A stretch of DNA of 64,000 nt from Paraspadella gotoi. Taxonomy: Eukaryota > Animalia > Chaetognatha. The stretch's first letter is position 1; each line of letters starts with the position of its first letter. The notes under the pieces were generated by a model that had not been told where the DNA came from, did not search any database, and saw only the letters and a program-made list of their open reading frames with translations. The translations under genes and the position numbers were made by a program. Shown here in pieces: positions 49,641-62,829 of the stretch. Where the stretch lies: NCBI GenBank assembly GCA_051294375.1, contig JBJCIZ010000239.1, forward strand, positions 4,283,834-4,347,833. The letters run 5' to 3'.

Positions 49641-49905
49641 GTCGAAGATCCTTTGCGGCCGACGGAACCAGCGGCGCCTCCTCGTCGGGGACGCCCGCCT
49701 GCAACGACCACGCCCGTTCCGGCGCCTGCTCCGGCGCCCGCTCCGGCGCCCGCTCCGGTGCCCGCTCCGACGACCGCTCCGCCGCGCCACCTGCTCCGAT
49801 CCCTAATCTAACGGCTTCAACGGGCCTCAGCGTCAAGTGCGTCCACCCCGACGTTTCGTCGATGAATTCGCCATCTCTTACAGAGACGCCGTCTTGGGGG
49901 GGTTA

Positions 49906-50351
49906 TGAAAGCCGCAGAATAGTTCCTCGTCGTTGCCTCGACAAATAAACCTTCGAGAAAAGAAAAAACAAACGCTCTCAAGTCGTTCGATTTCACAATC
50001 GTAACTCGAGCGTCTTCTTTTACCTTTATCTCGTTACCGTTATTTTATCTACATTTGTTTAGTGCTTTACAATGTACAGTGCATCAGTAGTTTTCATTTG
50101 ATGCCCATTTCTCTATCGTTATAATGGCTTGCGTTGTAAAAAGTCCACTTTTATCGTTTGATGAAAGCACAATAATATATAAGTATTTCAAGGTGCTCTC
50201 GATAAGGTCCGATCGAGCGATCGTTCCTCCATATAAGGAAACGCGTTTTTTTGTATCGGTTTCTCTCGTTTTTCTCTCAGACAATACAATGTGTTTCCGT
50301 TTAAAACAAACATTTTAAATGATAGCGCAGAAGTAGGATAGAACCTCTTCA
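49906..50351 (+). repeat. 3' LTR
   Basis: Copy of the 5' LTR differing mainly by homopolymer indels. Confidence 0.93.
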
Positions 50352-50558
50352 AGTTATATTTTAGTTATAGTTAAATTATAATTAATTATCCCCAAAAGTT
50401 TCGATCGCCTATTCTGTACTGTCCTTAGAATCGAGAAGTAAAGATTTTTTTGAGTTTCAACCGAAAAAAAATAGAAAAAAAAAGAAGAAAGAAAAAAAAA
50501 GGGAACAAAAAACAGCAACAAAGAAAATAAACATTTGAAACGGAAAGAACAAGGTAGT

Positions 50559-50599
<41 letters not shown>

Positions 50600-50673
50600 G
50601 AAACAAGAACGGGGAAGTTCAAGGTGTTGCGCCGTAGTTCACGATGATAAAGTGACCGCACAAAATTATAAAA

Positions 50674-50721
<48 letters not shown>

Positions 50722-51195
50722 AACGGTAAGTGGGACAGACGGACGGACCGGCCGTGAGTTATAGAGTTGCTCCGCGTGAAGTCGCAACTTTGGGCTCTTT
50801 TATCCGAAAACGCCGCATTTCAACCTAAATTTAAAGTTGAATTGGTTTTTCGATTTATCAATGAGATTAGGGGTTAGGGATAGGAAGTAGGTTAGGGATT
50901 AAGGATATATTAAAGGAATTGGTTAGGGGATTAAGGTTAGAAAATAAGTTTAAGGATTAAAGGGTTACACTTAATAATTAGAATTAATAATTTGGATTAT
51001 GGTAAGAGCTTAGATTAAAAGATTGAAGCAAAATATTAAATTTTAAATATTTATATCAATATTAGATAGTATTAATCTTAAATTGAAGGAATATGAATCT
51101 AAATACATAATGACTCCGTCGATTCATTCATTCGATATAACTCATTTCTGTAACAGAGTTTTTATTCTTCCTTCGTTATCTTTCAGTCTAAAACG

Positions 51196-51622
51196 ATGGA
51201 TGAAGGATTGCTCCTCCCGCCACCAACTAATCGAGACGACGACGATGATGATGATGAAGAGGATCATGAGGCGGAGGTGTGAGGCTCTCTCTCTATCTCT
51301 CTTTCTCAATTGTTTGGCGATCGATTAATTACAATTATTTTATTTTACGGTTATATTAGTGTTGACTTTAAAAACGATCGGTACCGATTTTAAATAATTT
51401 TTGGCCATCAACTATCAACTTACGTAATGTCAACATGTAAAATTTTACGAAATTGCAGAATAGGACTGCAACATTTTGTTCAGATAGAACTTTTTACTCA
51501 GTCAAAACAGTCATAATAGATCAAATGTAGTAGTTTAGGAATTATCTGTAAACTGTCACTGTTTATTATGATCGCCTAAAAGACCAACACTGGCCCAGGC
51601 GTTAATAGATGTATTAATCATC

Positions 51623-51674
<52 letters not shown>

Positions 51675-54600
51675 TCCCTCCCCCTCTCTCAGGCTTTCTC
51701 CTTCAGCTTTGCACTTCTGCTCCTATTGATCTTCCTCGGAATTATGGTCAGTATGGTCTTCACGATTTTGACCGTCTTGCGGATTACCGATCTGCGAGGG
51801 CGTCTCAATAAGCTGCCCTTTCCAGGTAGGAAGGAAGGGAGAAAAGGGGATATTTTTTTTTTTTTTTTTAAGGACAGAGGTTTTAACTTTTTTCTCTTTT
51901 TGCCTTTCCTCATCTTCCTCCTTTTCCTTTCCCTACTCCTCCTCCCATTCCTTTTGCCTTTCCTCATCCTCTTCCTTCTCGTTCTCCTCCTCCTCCCATT
52001 CTTTTGGCGTTTCTTCATCCTCCTCCTCCCTTTTCTCCCAGGGAGCAGAGAAACGAATAAGATGCTCATTGATCTCTGCGACGCTGAAGACGAACTCGAG
52101 AAGTTGTCGCCGAAGGAGTTACAAAAGTGGTCGCGTGAGTTGAGAGGAGGGGACTTCTTCTCTCTCTGTCTCTCTCTCTTTATCTTATTCTCTCTCTCTC
52201 TCTCTCTCTCTCTATTACGCTTTCTGCAACACTGAAGACAAACTTGAGATGTTGTCTCATAATGCGTTAAAGAAGTAGTTATGTAATTTTAGAGAACAAG
52301 ACTCTGTCTCTCTCTTACTGTCTATCTATCTCTCTCTCTTACTTTTTATCTCTCTCTCTTTTTCTTACTCTTTATCTCTCCCAATCTTTCTCTTACTCTC
52401 TTTTCTCTCTCTCTTATTTCCTATCTCTTCTCTCTCTCTCTTCTGCTCTTCTCCATCTCTATCTTTTTAATCACCCTCTCTTTATCAGAATCGCTCAAAG
52501 GCTGCTTCATAGCGACGAGAACTGGCGCTGGAATTGGACACAAAGTTAGTAGCGCTGAATCAAGCAAGAGAAATTACATCAACGGGAATTTCAGCCTCAG
52601 CAAACACAGCAGTAGCGAATCCAGCAGCAGCAACAGCAGTGCCAGTGAACCCAGCTCAAGCGAATCCAGCACAAGCAAATCTAGTCCCAGTGAACCAAGC
52701 AGCAGTGCGCCCAGTGGCGGTGAACCAAGCTCAAGCAAACCCAGCATTAGCCAACCCAGCTCCAGTGAACCCAGCTTTAGCCAACCAAGCAGCAGACCCA
52801 GCAGCAGCGTTCCTAGTACCAGCAAACCCAGCATCACCGGACCCAGCACCAGCACACCCAGCATTAGCGGACGCAGCACCAACAAACCCAGCATTTCCGG
52901 AGCCAGTACCAGCACACCCAGCGTTAGCAGACCCAGCAGCAGCGCTCCAGGTACCAGTGAACCAAGCAGCAGCGAAGGTAGTGTGGTGCTAGTGGGAATG
53001 ATCCTGGTGATGGTTGGTAGTAGCAATGAATGGTGGTCGTTGGTTATGGCATCAAATGAGAATAAATAGTTTTAATATTTGAAATATACAATTTTCACTT
53101 TTGTCTCTTTTTCAGGAGGAGGAGGAGGAGGAGGGGGAGGAGGAGGAGGAGGTGATGATGAGAAAGAAATAAAAAATATCACGAGAAAAATAAATAAGAT
53201 ATTGAAATCAGGTTAGTGGGAGGGACAGAGAGGGGGAGAGAGAGAGAGAGAGAGAGAGAAAAAAAAATATTAGAGAGGTGAAGGGAGAGGGAGAGAGAGA
53301 TACACGACTATAAAAGGAGAAATGTAGAGAGGAGAGAATGAAAGATAAAAAGATAGTGAGAGAGAGATAGGGAGAGATAGAGAGAGAGAGAGAGAGAGTC
53401 GTAAATGTTATTTTACTACTTTGTCGTCCAGCAGTTTTGACGGATTTGACAGAAAACATCAAATTGCTTTTGGAACAGGCGACTGGTCAAGGTCTGCTTT
53501 AATCTTGTTTTTCTTAATATTTTAAAGTTGTGCCGCGAGTACACGCCGAGCCTCTCTTTAAGTCACTTTTCGGTCGGTCAGTCGTTCGGTCGGTTTATAA
53601 CTTGGGTAAATTAAGTTATTAGTTTGTAGGGAGGTAAGGGAAAAAGATATTTATGTTTCATACTTGTGCAGTCATGTGATCTCCCGAAAGAGGCTATTAA
53701 ATTATAAAGTTATTTGGTAAAATTCATAAAATACCGAGTCATTTCAGTTAATACTCAGCCAGCTGGTAAGGTATCATGAAATGCTTCGTGTATAATTTTT
53801 CATACTTGTAAATATATTATCACGCGACTATAAAAAATTTGGTTATATGATTAAAAAGTTATGGAGGCGTAGTTCATGTAATACTTGGTAATTTATTTAA
53901 TGCTTTTCAGTGATTGTGCATACGTTTCATACTCAATCAGATGATAATCGGGTAAAGCGTGAAAGGAAGAGAGTAACCCCGGCGCGCAACCCTTGCAACT
54001 CGACGGTTCTTGGTTTTTTTTTTTTTTTTTTTTTTTGCTTCTACTCCCAGGGGACGCGATCTCTCGACTCCCCGACGAAACTGACGAAGTTTTCGACACG
54101 ACAAGTAAAGCGAGGATCGAAACAGAAGCCATCGATCGCAGATTGACGAGTTAGACGATTTGGTTGATTTTTGATTTTTAGTCGGATCTGCTTATCAGCA
54201 GATCCAACTCTATAACTCACTTTTTCGGTCCGTCGTCCGCCCCCTCAATATTGTCGGGCACACACTTATATCATGTCAGAACATCGAATTATGATAAATT
54301 ATGCAAAAAAAAATGATGTCCGTCGTCCGTCCTTCCGTCCGTCCGTCCGTCCGTCCGTCCGTCCGTCCGTCCGTCCGTCCGTCCGTCCGTCCGTCGTCCG
54401 TCCGTCCGTCCGCCACCTTAGCAAAAACACCAATTACTCGTGATTGGATGGATGGATTTAATGAAATTTTGTGTGTGGATAGGTAAGTGTGTGATTGAGC
54501 TGGATATGAAGTTTCGATGGAATCGTCTCCGAGTGGAAATGAGTTTAAATGGAAAAAACAAAAAAATATATTCACTATTTGAACACCAATTGCTCATGAG

Positions 54601-55838
54601 TGAATGGGCTGATTGACCTGGAATTTTGTATGTGGGTAGGAAAGTGTGTGATTGAACAGGAAATCAAGTTTCGATGGAATAGTTTGAGTGGAAATGAGTT
54701 TAAATGGAAAAAAACAAAAAACCTGTTTTACTAATTGATTATGCTTCTTTTTCCTTTTATATTAAATGTATCTGCAGGATGTATTAATAAATCAAATAAT
54801 TAATCAGTTAATTAATCAATTAGTAAAATAATTAATCAATAATTAATTAATTAGTCAATCAATCCGTCCATCCGTCCCATCTTAGCAAAAAGCTCCAATA
54901 ACTCGTGATTGGCTGGTTGGATTGGAATTAAATTTTTGTGTGGGTAGGAAAGTGTGTGATAAAGCTGGATATAAAATTTCGATGGAATCGTGTGAGTGGA
55001 AATTAGTTTAAATGGAAAAAACATAAGTCGAATTTACTAAAATCTTTTTACTTATTTTAACCAATAAATACTCCAATTAATCATAATTGGATGGATAGAT
55101 TGAGTTGAAATTTTGTGTGTGGGTAGGAAAACGTATGACGAAGCTTGATATAAAGTTTCAGTGGAAACGTACCAGTGGAAATGAGTTTTAAATGAAAAAA
55201 TATAGTCACATTTACTTAAATCTTTTTATTTATTTTAACCCATGATAGATTGAGATGAAATTTTGTAGCCGGTAGGAAAGTGAGTGAAGAAGCTAGATAT
55301 AAAGTTTTGACGGAATGCAAGTTGAAACAATTATGCAAGTTGAAAAAATGATGCAAGTTAAAAAAATCTTAAAAGCATAAGGATCGTCGCTATTGCATAT
55401 AAAAGAGAGAGAGAGAGAGAGAAAGAGAGAGTGAGAGAGAGAGAGAGTGAGAGAGAAGAGAAGAGATGAGAGAGAGAGAGAGAGAGAAGGAGAACATAAA
55501 TAAAAAAATCTTAAAAGACTCAAGATCGAGCCAGAGCCCACTATCATAGAAAATTAATGAAAAAAACCGGGAAAAAAAACGAATGAATCATGCGATAACG
55601 AATTATTGATGTAATAGTAATTGATTGAGGTAATACTAATGATTGATGTAATAGTAATTTATTGATGTAATAGGAATTGATTATTGATTCGATGATAATC
55701 AATTATTGATGCGATGATAGTCATTCACTGCTGTGATGATAGTCATTCAGTGATGCGATGATTGTCATTCATTGATGCGGATATTGTCATTCATTGATGC
55801 GATGATAGTCAATAAAACAAACAAATGCGTGTATGAGT

Positions 55839-55885
<47 letters not shown>

Positions 55886-55900
55886 AGAGAGAGAGAAGAA

Positions 55901-55938
<38 letters not shown>

Positions 55939-56389
55939 GAGAAGAAAGAAAGAGAATAAATCCACGAAAATCTCGGATGAAAATATGGGATTTTGTATTG
56001 AAAAAAAACGCGGAATAAATGGCAATAATAAAAAGTTTTTAGAAGGAAAAAAATAATCAGAATTTTTCAAAAAACAAACGATCACGCAAGAGATCGGACA
56101 GATAGGGACAGACACAGAGAGACAGAGAGAGAGAGAGAAAAAGAGAGAGAGAGAGAGACAGCCGCTGCAGAGAAAAGAGAAAGAGAAAGAGCGATATATA
56201 ATAATTAAAAGAAGAGAGAGAGAGAGAAGCTCTACAGCCCCTTTACTCGTTAAAGAATCAGCAGTACTTATGGCGCCGCACGTAGCGTGAGCTTTTCTTA
56301 CCCAAAGGACCCGGTTCGCGCACGGTTCGCGGCATCGTTTTTTACTATTAGTGAACCCACATTATATCTAAAAAATTTTTTGTAAAAAA

Positions 56390-56438
<49 letters not shown>

Positions 56439-59400
56439 AGCTGGACAGACGCTGCAGAGCCGGAACTCGTTTTTAGACAAATCAGAAGAAGCAGTGACGG
56501 AGAAAAAGAGAGAGAGAGAGCGACATATAATTAAAACGTTTTTTGTTTGTAAATAAAACATAAACAAATACGAATATTGATATGAAACATGAGAATTTTA
56601 AAGATCTTGATGATTAGAAGCCATATATTAAAATTCAACTCCCTATGATATCACATTTTCAGAAGCCATGATTGCAAAAAAGCGAGACCGAAAGCTAAAC
56701 CGAATCAAAATCTAGCCAGGACGGGCTTTGCCCGCCTGGCTCGATAATAGAGGATATTTGTTTGTTTTGATAAAATGTAAACAAAACATTTAATAACTGT
56801 CCTGACTCAATTTTAAGGACATCGATGATGACAAGCTGACTATAATTATAACTATTAATTAATTAATTAATCTATTAATTAATTAATCTATTAATTAATT
56901 AATTAATCTATTAATTAATTAATTAATCTATTAATTAATTAATTAATTAATTATCGTAGGCAGATCCGACATTGTTTGCTCAAACTTGTTGTATTTCGAT
57001 TCGATTCGATTGGGAATCGACTTGATTTGATTTGATCGGATTTGATATGATAGATTTGAATGATTGGATTTATTTGAATAGTTTCATTAAATGATTCCTT
57101 ATTTTTAATTTTTTGAATGGAATTCTTATTCTTATATATTCTTATTCATATTCTTTATATTAGTATTATTATTATTATCATATTATCATATCATATAACA
57201 TCGATACATTTATATAGGACTAAGCTCTGACGAAAAAAGCCAGAGGTTTTTTTTAATATATTCTTATCCGGCCAATGTAGAATGATGGCAATATTGCTAT
57301 TATTAAGTTTCAAAAAAATTTGACCATAAATATAAAAAAATATTAACCAAAATCTTCAGAAAATCCACCCCTTCTTTGGAAGATTTTCGCCATAGTAGAT
57401 TTATCCCAAATCTGACTCCCGGTTGAAAACTCTTAGAATTCCGATCGTTAGCTTAGGAGTCTACGTCGTTCTTAGAAATCGAGGAAGATTTTTTCAATGA
57501 AGATTTTTGCTAAAATCTGACTGCCAAACAATGTAAACGCCCCTGGGAAAAATTCAAAGAAAAAATAGATGTAAAAACACTCGATTCCGATCCTGTTGCA
57601 TCTGAAGGGCTCGCATTTTTTTTCTCTTGACAAATAATCATCATTTTACATCAAACCATAGATTCAAATAGACTGGTCCGCTCTGGAGAATATTTTCGAC
57701 GCGATTTTTATATATAAAATAAAGGGATTTCTCAACTTCAATACAATATCAATACATTTAACATATGTTGTGATTTTACAATAAACTTCGAATTCAGGAA
57801 TCCGATAGCCATATGTCTGAAGGGCTCTCAAAATTTTTCTTTACATTTTATTTGGTTATTTTGATATGATACGATCATGGGAAAGTGAATTAGTCCATTT
57901 TGGTGAAATTTTTATTTAAAGTAAAAGTAAAAGAAGCTAACGATCGGCATTCTAAGAGTTTTCAACCGAGAGTCAGATTCGGGAAAAATCTTCTATGGCG
58001 AAAATCTTCCAAAGAAGGGGTGGATTTTCCGAAGATTTTGGTTAATATTTTCTATATTTATGGTAGGATTTTTTGAAACTGTTAATATTAACAATATTGC
58101 CATCATTCTACCTTTGCTGGTATAAGAATATATTAAAAAAACTTCTGGCTTTGTTCATCAGAGCTCCTCTTTTATTTTTAGTTTAAATAAAAATTTCACC
58201 AAAATTGACTAAAATAACTAAATAAAATGTAAAGAAAAATTTTGAGAGCCCTTCAGACACCAGGAGGATTCCTGAATTTGACATCATTTGTAAAACCGGA
58301 ACATATCTCAAATACGTTTATATTATCTTGAAGGGAAAAAATCCCTTTCATATCTATATAAAATCAAAGATGGAAAATTTTTCTGTACAGCAGCAGTCTA
58401 TTTGTTCTGGCTTGTTTGATATCAAGATGTTGATGATTTGACAAGAGAAAAAAATGCGAGCCCTTCAGATGTAACAGGATCGGAATTAAGTGTTTTTACA
58501 TCAATTTTTTACCGGAATTTTTATCGTCGCAATCGCTTAGCGTTTGCGATGATATTGTAACGCTTTTGCGCATAAGTGGCCCGTCGTCGTCGTTGTTGTC
58601 GTCGTCGTTGTCGTAGGCGTTCCAAATTATAGATCGCCTTTTTTATGATTAAATTTGGGTGTATGAAGCTGAAAATTTATATACAGCTTATCATCATCGA
58701 TGTGCTTAAAAGTGGGTCAGGACAGTTAGTAAATATGTTTTGTTTACGTTTTATCAAAACAAACAAATTTCCTTTTTTTATTTTTATGTTTCCTTCTCTC
58801 TCTCTTTTCTCTTTTAATTATATGTAGCTCTCTCTCTCTCTCCCTCTCTCCCTCTCTCTCTCTCTTTTCCCCAGTGCTGATTCATCGGGAAAAAAACGAA
58901 TCTGCAGCTGGCTCTGCAGGGGCTCTTTTTTTTCTCTCTTTTTCCCTGCTGCTTCTGCTGCTGCCTTCTGAGTCTGCAGCTGGCTCTGCAGTTGCTCTCT
59001 CTTTTTCTCACTTTTCTCCTGCTGCTTCTGCCTTTTGATTTCTTTCTTTTTTTTCTCTCTCTCTCTCTCTCTGCGTTTTTATTAAAAAAAATTGAATTAA
59101 GATTGAACTTGTAAAATTAGGCATCGCATTCGTGCATGTTATCATTTTGCTATCGCAACCTCGTGTTACGGGGCTACGTCTGCTGATCAGTTTATTTTTT
59201 GACAATGAAAAAGTTTGTTTTTTTTCTTCTTTTTTTTCAGAAACTGTAACTTTAATTTTCTTCGGTACTTTATTTTTTTTAATTGAAAATCGCAAAAGAT
59301 AATTTTTCTTTCTGTTTATAAATTAATTTTCTTTTCTCAAATTTTTTTTCTCAATGGCAGCGTCTGCTGATCAGTTTATTTGACAATGACAATTGACAAT

Positions 59401-59659
59401 AACAAAAAAAAAACTTTTTCATTTTTTTTTTAGAAACTGTAACTTTAATTTTCCTCGGTACTTTATTATTTTTTTTAATTGACAATCGCAAAATATAATT
59501 TTTCTTTTCTTAAAATTTTCTTTTTTTTTAGTATCAAAATTTGTCGTCGATTCAGATTTTGATCGATTGGTCGTTTTAGTCTCGCGAGTGGCAAAGAATT
59601 TCGGCCTCAACCCATCGGAATTGAGTCTTCATCGTTTGAACACCACGATAATGCCTGAG
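51196..59659 (+). CDS. Partial multi-exon type II membrane protein with Ser/Pro-rich stalk
   Basis: Exons 51196-51276, 51693-51825, 52042-52134, 52489-52977, 53116-53211, 53432-53491, 53941-54012, ~54051-54149, 59532-59659. Acidic cytoplasmic N-terminus, TM FALLLLLIFLGIMVSMVFTILTVL, PSxSx repeats, poly-Gly, coiled-coil-like segment, RVKRERKR furin sites. The later junctions (including a 38-nt intron) are less certain. Confidence 0.62.
54175..56990 (+). mobile_element. Large Helentron-associated (DINE-1/HINE-like) element with internal tandem repeats
   Basis: T-run plus subterminal repeat gtcggatctgc (54181-54191) in a palindrome, (GTCC)n at ~54320-54411, about five ~160-bp internal repeats, inverted copy gcagatccgac (56960-56970) followed by a gtttg-ct-caaac stem-loop and TT. 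Confidence 0.75.
57222..58510. repeat. Interleaved inverted repeats A-B-A'-B'
   Basis: A 57222-57454 / A' 57933-58166; B ~57560-57925 / B' ~58175-58510; each pair is a diverged reverse complement. Confidence 0.8.
58518..59510 (+). mobile_element. Second HINE-like family, 5' portion
   Basis: T-run plus palindrome atcgtcgcaatcgc-tta-gcgtttgcgatgat and a (GTC)n tract; 58684-58770 is the reverse complement of 56757-56838. The right boundary is approximate. Confidence 0.5.
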
Positions 59660-60023
59660 GTAGGGGTAGCCTAACTCAGTAAGGTGGATAAGAAATTTGA
59701 ATTTGAAAATGTCAATAGAAAAAATTTTTTTAAATATTACTCTATACCCCATATATTATTTTTTTTATTATTTAAGAAAGGCTTACATTTTTTTTAAATA
59801 TTTTTTTTTATTTTTAAGATAAGATTCGGGTAGCTTTCAAAAAGTTGTCTACACAAATAGGGGTAGCCGCACTCATTGGGGTGATTCAAAAATTTAGAGT
59901 GAGTACATGCTCAAACGAAAATTTATACATTTTTAAGTTATGTGATAATCCTTTTTTTGTTGTAAACGATTTAGAGAAAAACAAAGTTTTTATTAGTTTT
60001 CAACGAAATTTGTTTTTATTGGT

Positions 60024-60069
60024 AAACAGACATGTTTCGGCTTTAGTATTCAAGCCTTCTTCAGTGTTT
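60024..60069 (-). ncRNA. Minimal type I hammerhead ribozyme (intact)
   Basis: Minus strand: AAACA CTGAAGA a GGCT-tgaatactaa-AGCC GAAAC at GTC TGTTT; 5-bp stem I, palindromic ACATGT stem III. Confidence 0.85.
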
Positions 60070-60561
60070 TTAGTTTGTGAATTGGACAAATTGTTGTGCA
60101 CAAGAAGAGTGTGAGAGAGAGAGAGAGAAAGGGAGAGTTAAAGTTTCCAACAAAGTGGTGAGACAGAATAGTGGTCAGAGGTGAGGACAGGGTAAGTTGA
60201 ACACAGATTGAGTGAGTTTTTGAAAAAGAAATGAAATTTGTTAGAGAGAAAGAGAGAGAGAGAGAGAGAGATAGACTTAACAGGGATAAATAATTAAAAG
60301 ATACATTGTGCAATGTACAACAGTGGTAAATGTTTAAAACTGAAAAAGATAGGTGAGAATTTTTAACAATTGTAAAAAAGAGTGAATAAATAATTCAATA
60401 TATGTACTTATTAGCTAAAGAGAATTTAGTGAAATATGAAATTGAAATGTGAAAGAAAGTTTAGTTTATATTTTAATGATATATAAGAGCCTAAGAAATT
60501 GAAATTTAAGGAGTAAGAAAGAGCTCAAAAAACTATCCGCGATTCCCTACGTGAGCATCTG

Positions 60562-60870
60562 GTGAAACCGAAAGATAAAATTCCCAGACCAAAAACATCA
60601 GGAGCCGTCTATTGGGCGGCCTGTGCAGGGGTGGGCAACCAAGCCTGTACAGCAGCATACATGGGTGAGACAGGCAAATCTCTGACAGACCGATTCCAGC
60701 AACATACAAAGCCTTATCGTGACGCACGAGGTCACTACTTGTCAGCAATTGCCGAGCACACGGTAAATACAGGCCATCTGTTTAGAGAATCAGACTGTCT
60801 CGTGCTGTCCCATGACCCGAACTGGTTCTCAAGAGGTATTAGAGAGGCAGTTTACATCAAAGCCCTCCAA
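60562..60870 (+). pseudogene. Penelope GIY-YIG endonuclease domain fragment
   Basis: KPKDK...SGAVYWAAC...C.AAYMGETGKSLTDRFQQH...SAIAEHTVNTGH...WFSRGIREAVYIK is the PLE-type GIY-YIG with CCHH residues; the RT is missing. Confidence 0.9.
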
Positions 60871-61539
60871 GCTATGATTCGCTTATCAAAAGCGTGGTGG
60901 AGGCCCCGTCTCCACCACGTCCACACAATGATTCCCCTGTCTCTACTCAACGAGGCAGGCGGAGACCCTTGCGCAGGCAATGGACAGGCGATGCCTCTCC
61001 CTCAAATGCAGCAACTCAGTCCCTTTCTCTGGTGACTGAGCGTCGCCCAAAACGACCGCTTCAGGAGGAGGGAGAGGAGTCCACCACTCCTGTCGCTGAA
61101 GCGGCAAGAACGGACAACCGCCCACCTCGCCAGCAGGCAAGACAAGGGCAGTCGGCAGCGTATCAGGCCAAAGAGACATAAGAGTGGCCCTGGGGATCTT
61201 TCCTTCTGGCTCAGTCCCAAGTCCAACACTTACAAGTTCAGTCACACTCTCCTCTCAGCCATTGACGCGCCAATGACCCGTCACCATCCCCTGTGTCCTT
61301 CCTTTGCACAACCAAGGGGGGCCAGCTCATTTTTTGAGCTCTTTCTTACTCCTTAAATTTCAATTTCTTAGGCTCTTATATATCATTAAAATATAAACTA
61401 AACTTTCTTTCATATTTCAATTTCATATTCACTTTTTACAATTGTTAAAAATTCTCACCAATCTTTTTCAGTTTTAAACATTTACCACTGTTGTACATTG
61501 CACAATGTATCTTTTAATTATTTATTTATCCCTGTTAAG

Positions 61540-61582
<43 letters not shown>

Positions 61583-61761
61583 AACAAATTTCATTTCTTT
61601 TTCAAAAACTCACTCAATCTGTGTTCAACTTACCCTGTCCTCACCTCTGACCACTATTCTGTCTCACCACTTTGTTGGAAACTTTAACTCTCCCTTTCTC
61701 TCTCTCTCTCTCTCTCTCACACTCTTCTTGTGCACAATAATTTGTCCAATTCACAAACTAA

Positions 61762-61807
61762 AAATACTGAAGAAGGCTTGAATACTAAAGCCAAAACATT
61801 TCTGTTT
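61762..61807 (+). ncRNA. Hammerhead ribozyme copy with core mutations (probably inactive)
   Basis: CTGAAGA...AGCC AAAAC at TTC: GAAA changed to AAAA and GTC to TTC relative to the 60024-60069 copy. Confidence 0.7.
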
Positions 61808-62829
61808 ACCAATAAAAACAAATTTCGTTGAAAACTAATAAAAACTTTGTTTTTCTCTAAAACATTTTTAAGTATACTTTCAATGGACAAAAATTTTTTT
61901 ATATGGCTCGATACCCTAGTAATTTTTTATTTATAGATAGGAAAGGCCAACAATTTTTGTAAAAAAATTTAAATTTAAAACCAGATTCAGATAGCTCATA
62001 AAAAGATGTCTGCACAAAATATATATTTTTTAAAAATATTTTTATGATAAGTAGGTCTAAAATAAGAAAAACTATAAAAAATCATCATCATCATCTTTCG
62101 ATGATTTTATCTTTTTTTAAAATTTTTATTGAGAAAACGTAATAATTTTTAAAAGCTGTAATTATATTTCTTGTTTATCTTTATATGCTTTATCAGAATC
62201 CCTCATTTATTTATATAGTAATAAAATAATTTTAATTAAGCTAGTACCCTCAGAAAAAAGAATTTTTGACTAAAAATATTTTAATACTATGCTTATGATA
62301 GATTATTTCAACGCAGTATACATTAGCATTTAAATTTTATCGGCTATGGCTAATACAAAATATAATTCTATTTTCGAGATTTTGATCTTTAAAAACTTTT
62401 TCTAAATATTTACAACACAATGAAAAAAAAGGAAAATAACACAATGATATTTTGATCATTGGTGGGTAAAAAATAAGAAAAACTATTAATAATCTTCATC
62501 ATCATCTTTTAATGATTTTATTACTTTTTCTTAATTTTGACCAAGATAACATAAGAATTTTCAAAAGTTATATTTATATTTTTTAATTATGCTCTATCAG
62601 AATACATCAAAAAATTTAAGGTAGATTGAAAAAATTATCATTACATAGTAATATTGTAATTTTTATAGCAACAATAAAAGCTTTAAAATTTACATGTTTT
62701 TAAAAAAAATTATTTTTTTACCAAAGATTTGAACCCCCGCACAAAGGCCCGATTGTAAGCCCCACCCTTTAAATTTTCCTAACTCCGATCTAGCCGATCT
62801 AGCCGCCCCTTTTGATTTTCATCTTAGTA

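Larger units (their letters stand above)
45498..50351 (+). mobile_element. Full-length Ty3/Gypsy LTR retrotransposon (Mag-like)
   Basis: TG...CA LTRs at 45498-45940 and 49906-50351, nearly identical; 4-bp TSD AGTT (45494-45497, 50352-50355); PBS tggtgagcca at 45942; G-run PPT before the 3' LTR; order gag-PR-RT-RH-INT. Confidence 0.96.
59939..61861 (+). mobile_element. 5'-truncated Penelope-like element with inverted pseudo-LTRs
   Basis: 12-bp TSD acatttttaagt (59927-59938, 61862-61873); ~31-nt tail; inverted pLTRs 59970-60532 and 61330-61861 around a GIY-YIG endonuclease fragment. Confidence 0.9.

Noticed and set aside
52534-52992. Ala/Pro/Asn-rich 152-aa ORF (PAQAN repeats)
   Set aside because: Splice phases from the flanking exons select the Ser/Pro-rich frame; this is an alternative reading of the same 15-bp repeat.
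57222-57250. CTGACGA / CTGATGA hammerhead-like core at the ends of A and A'
   Set aside because: No stem II-GAAA-NUH arrangement follows.
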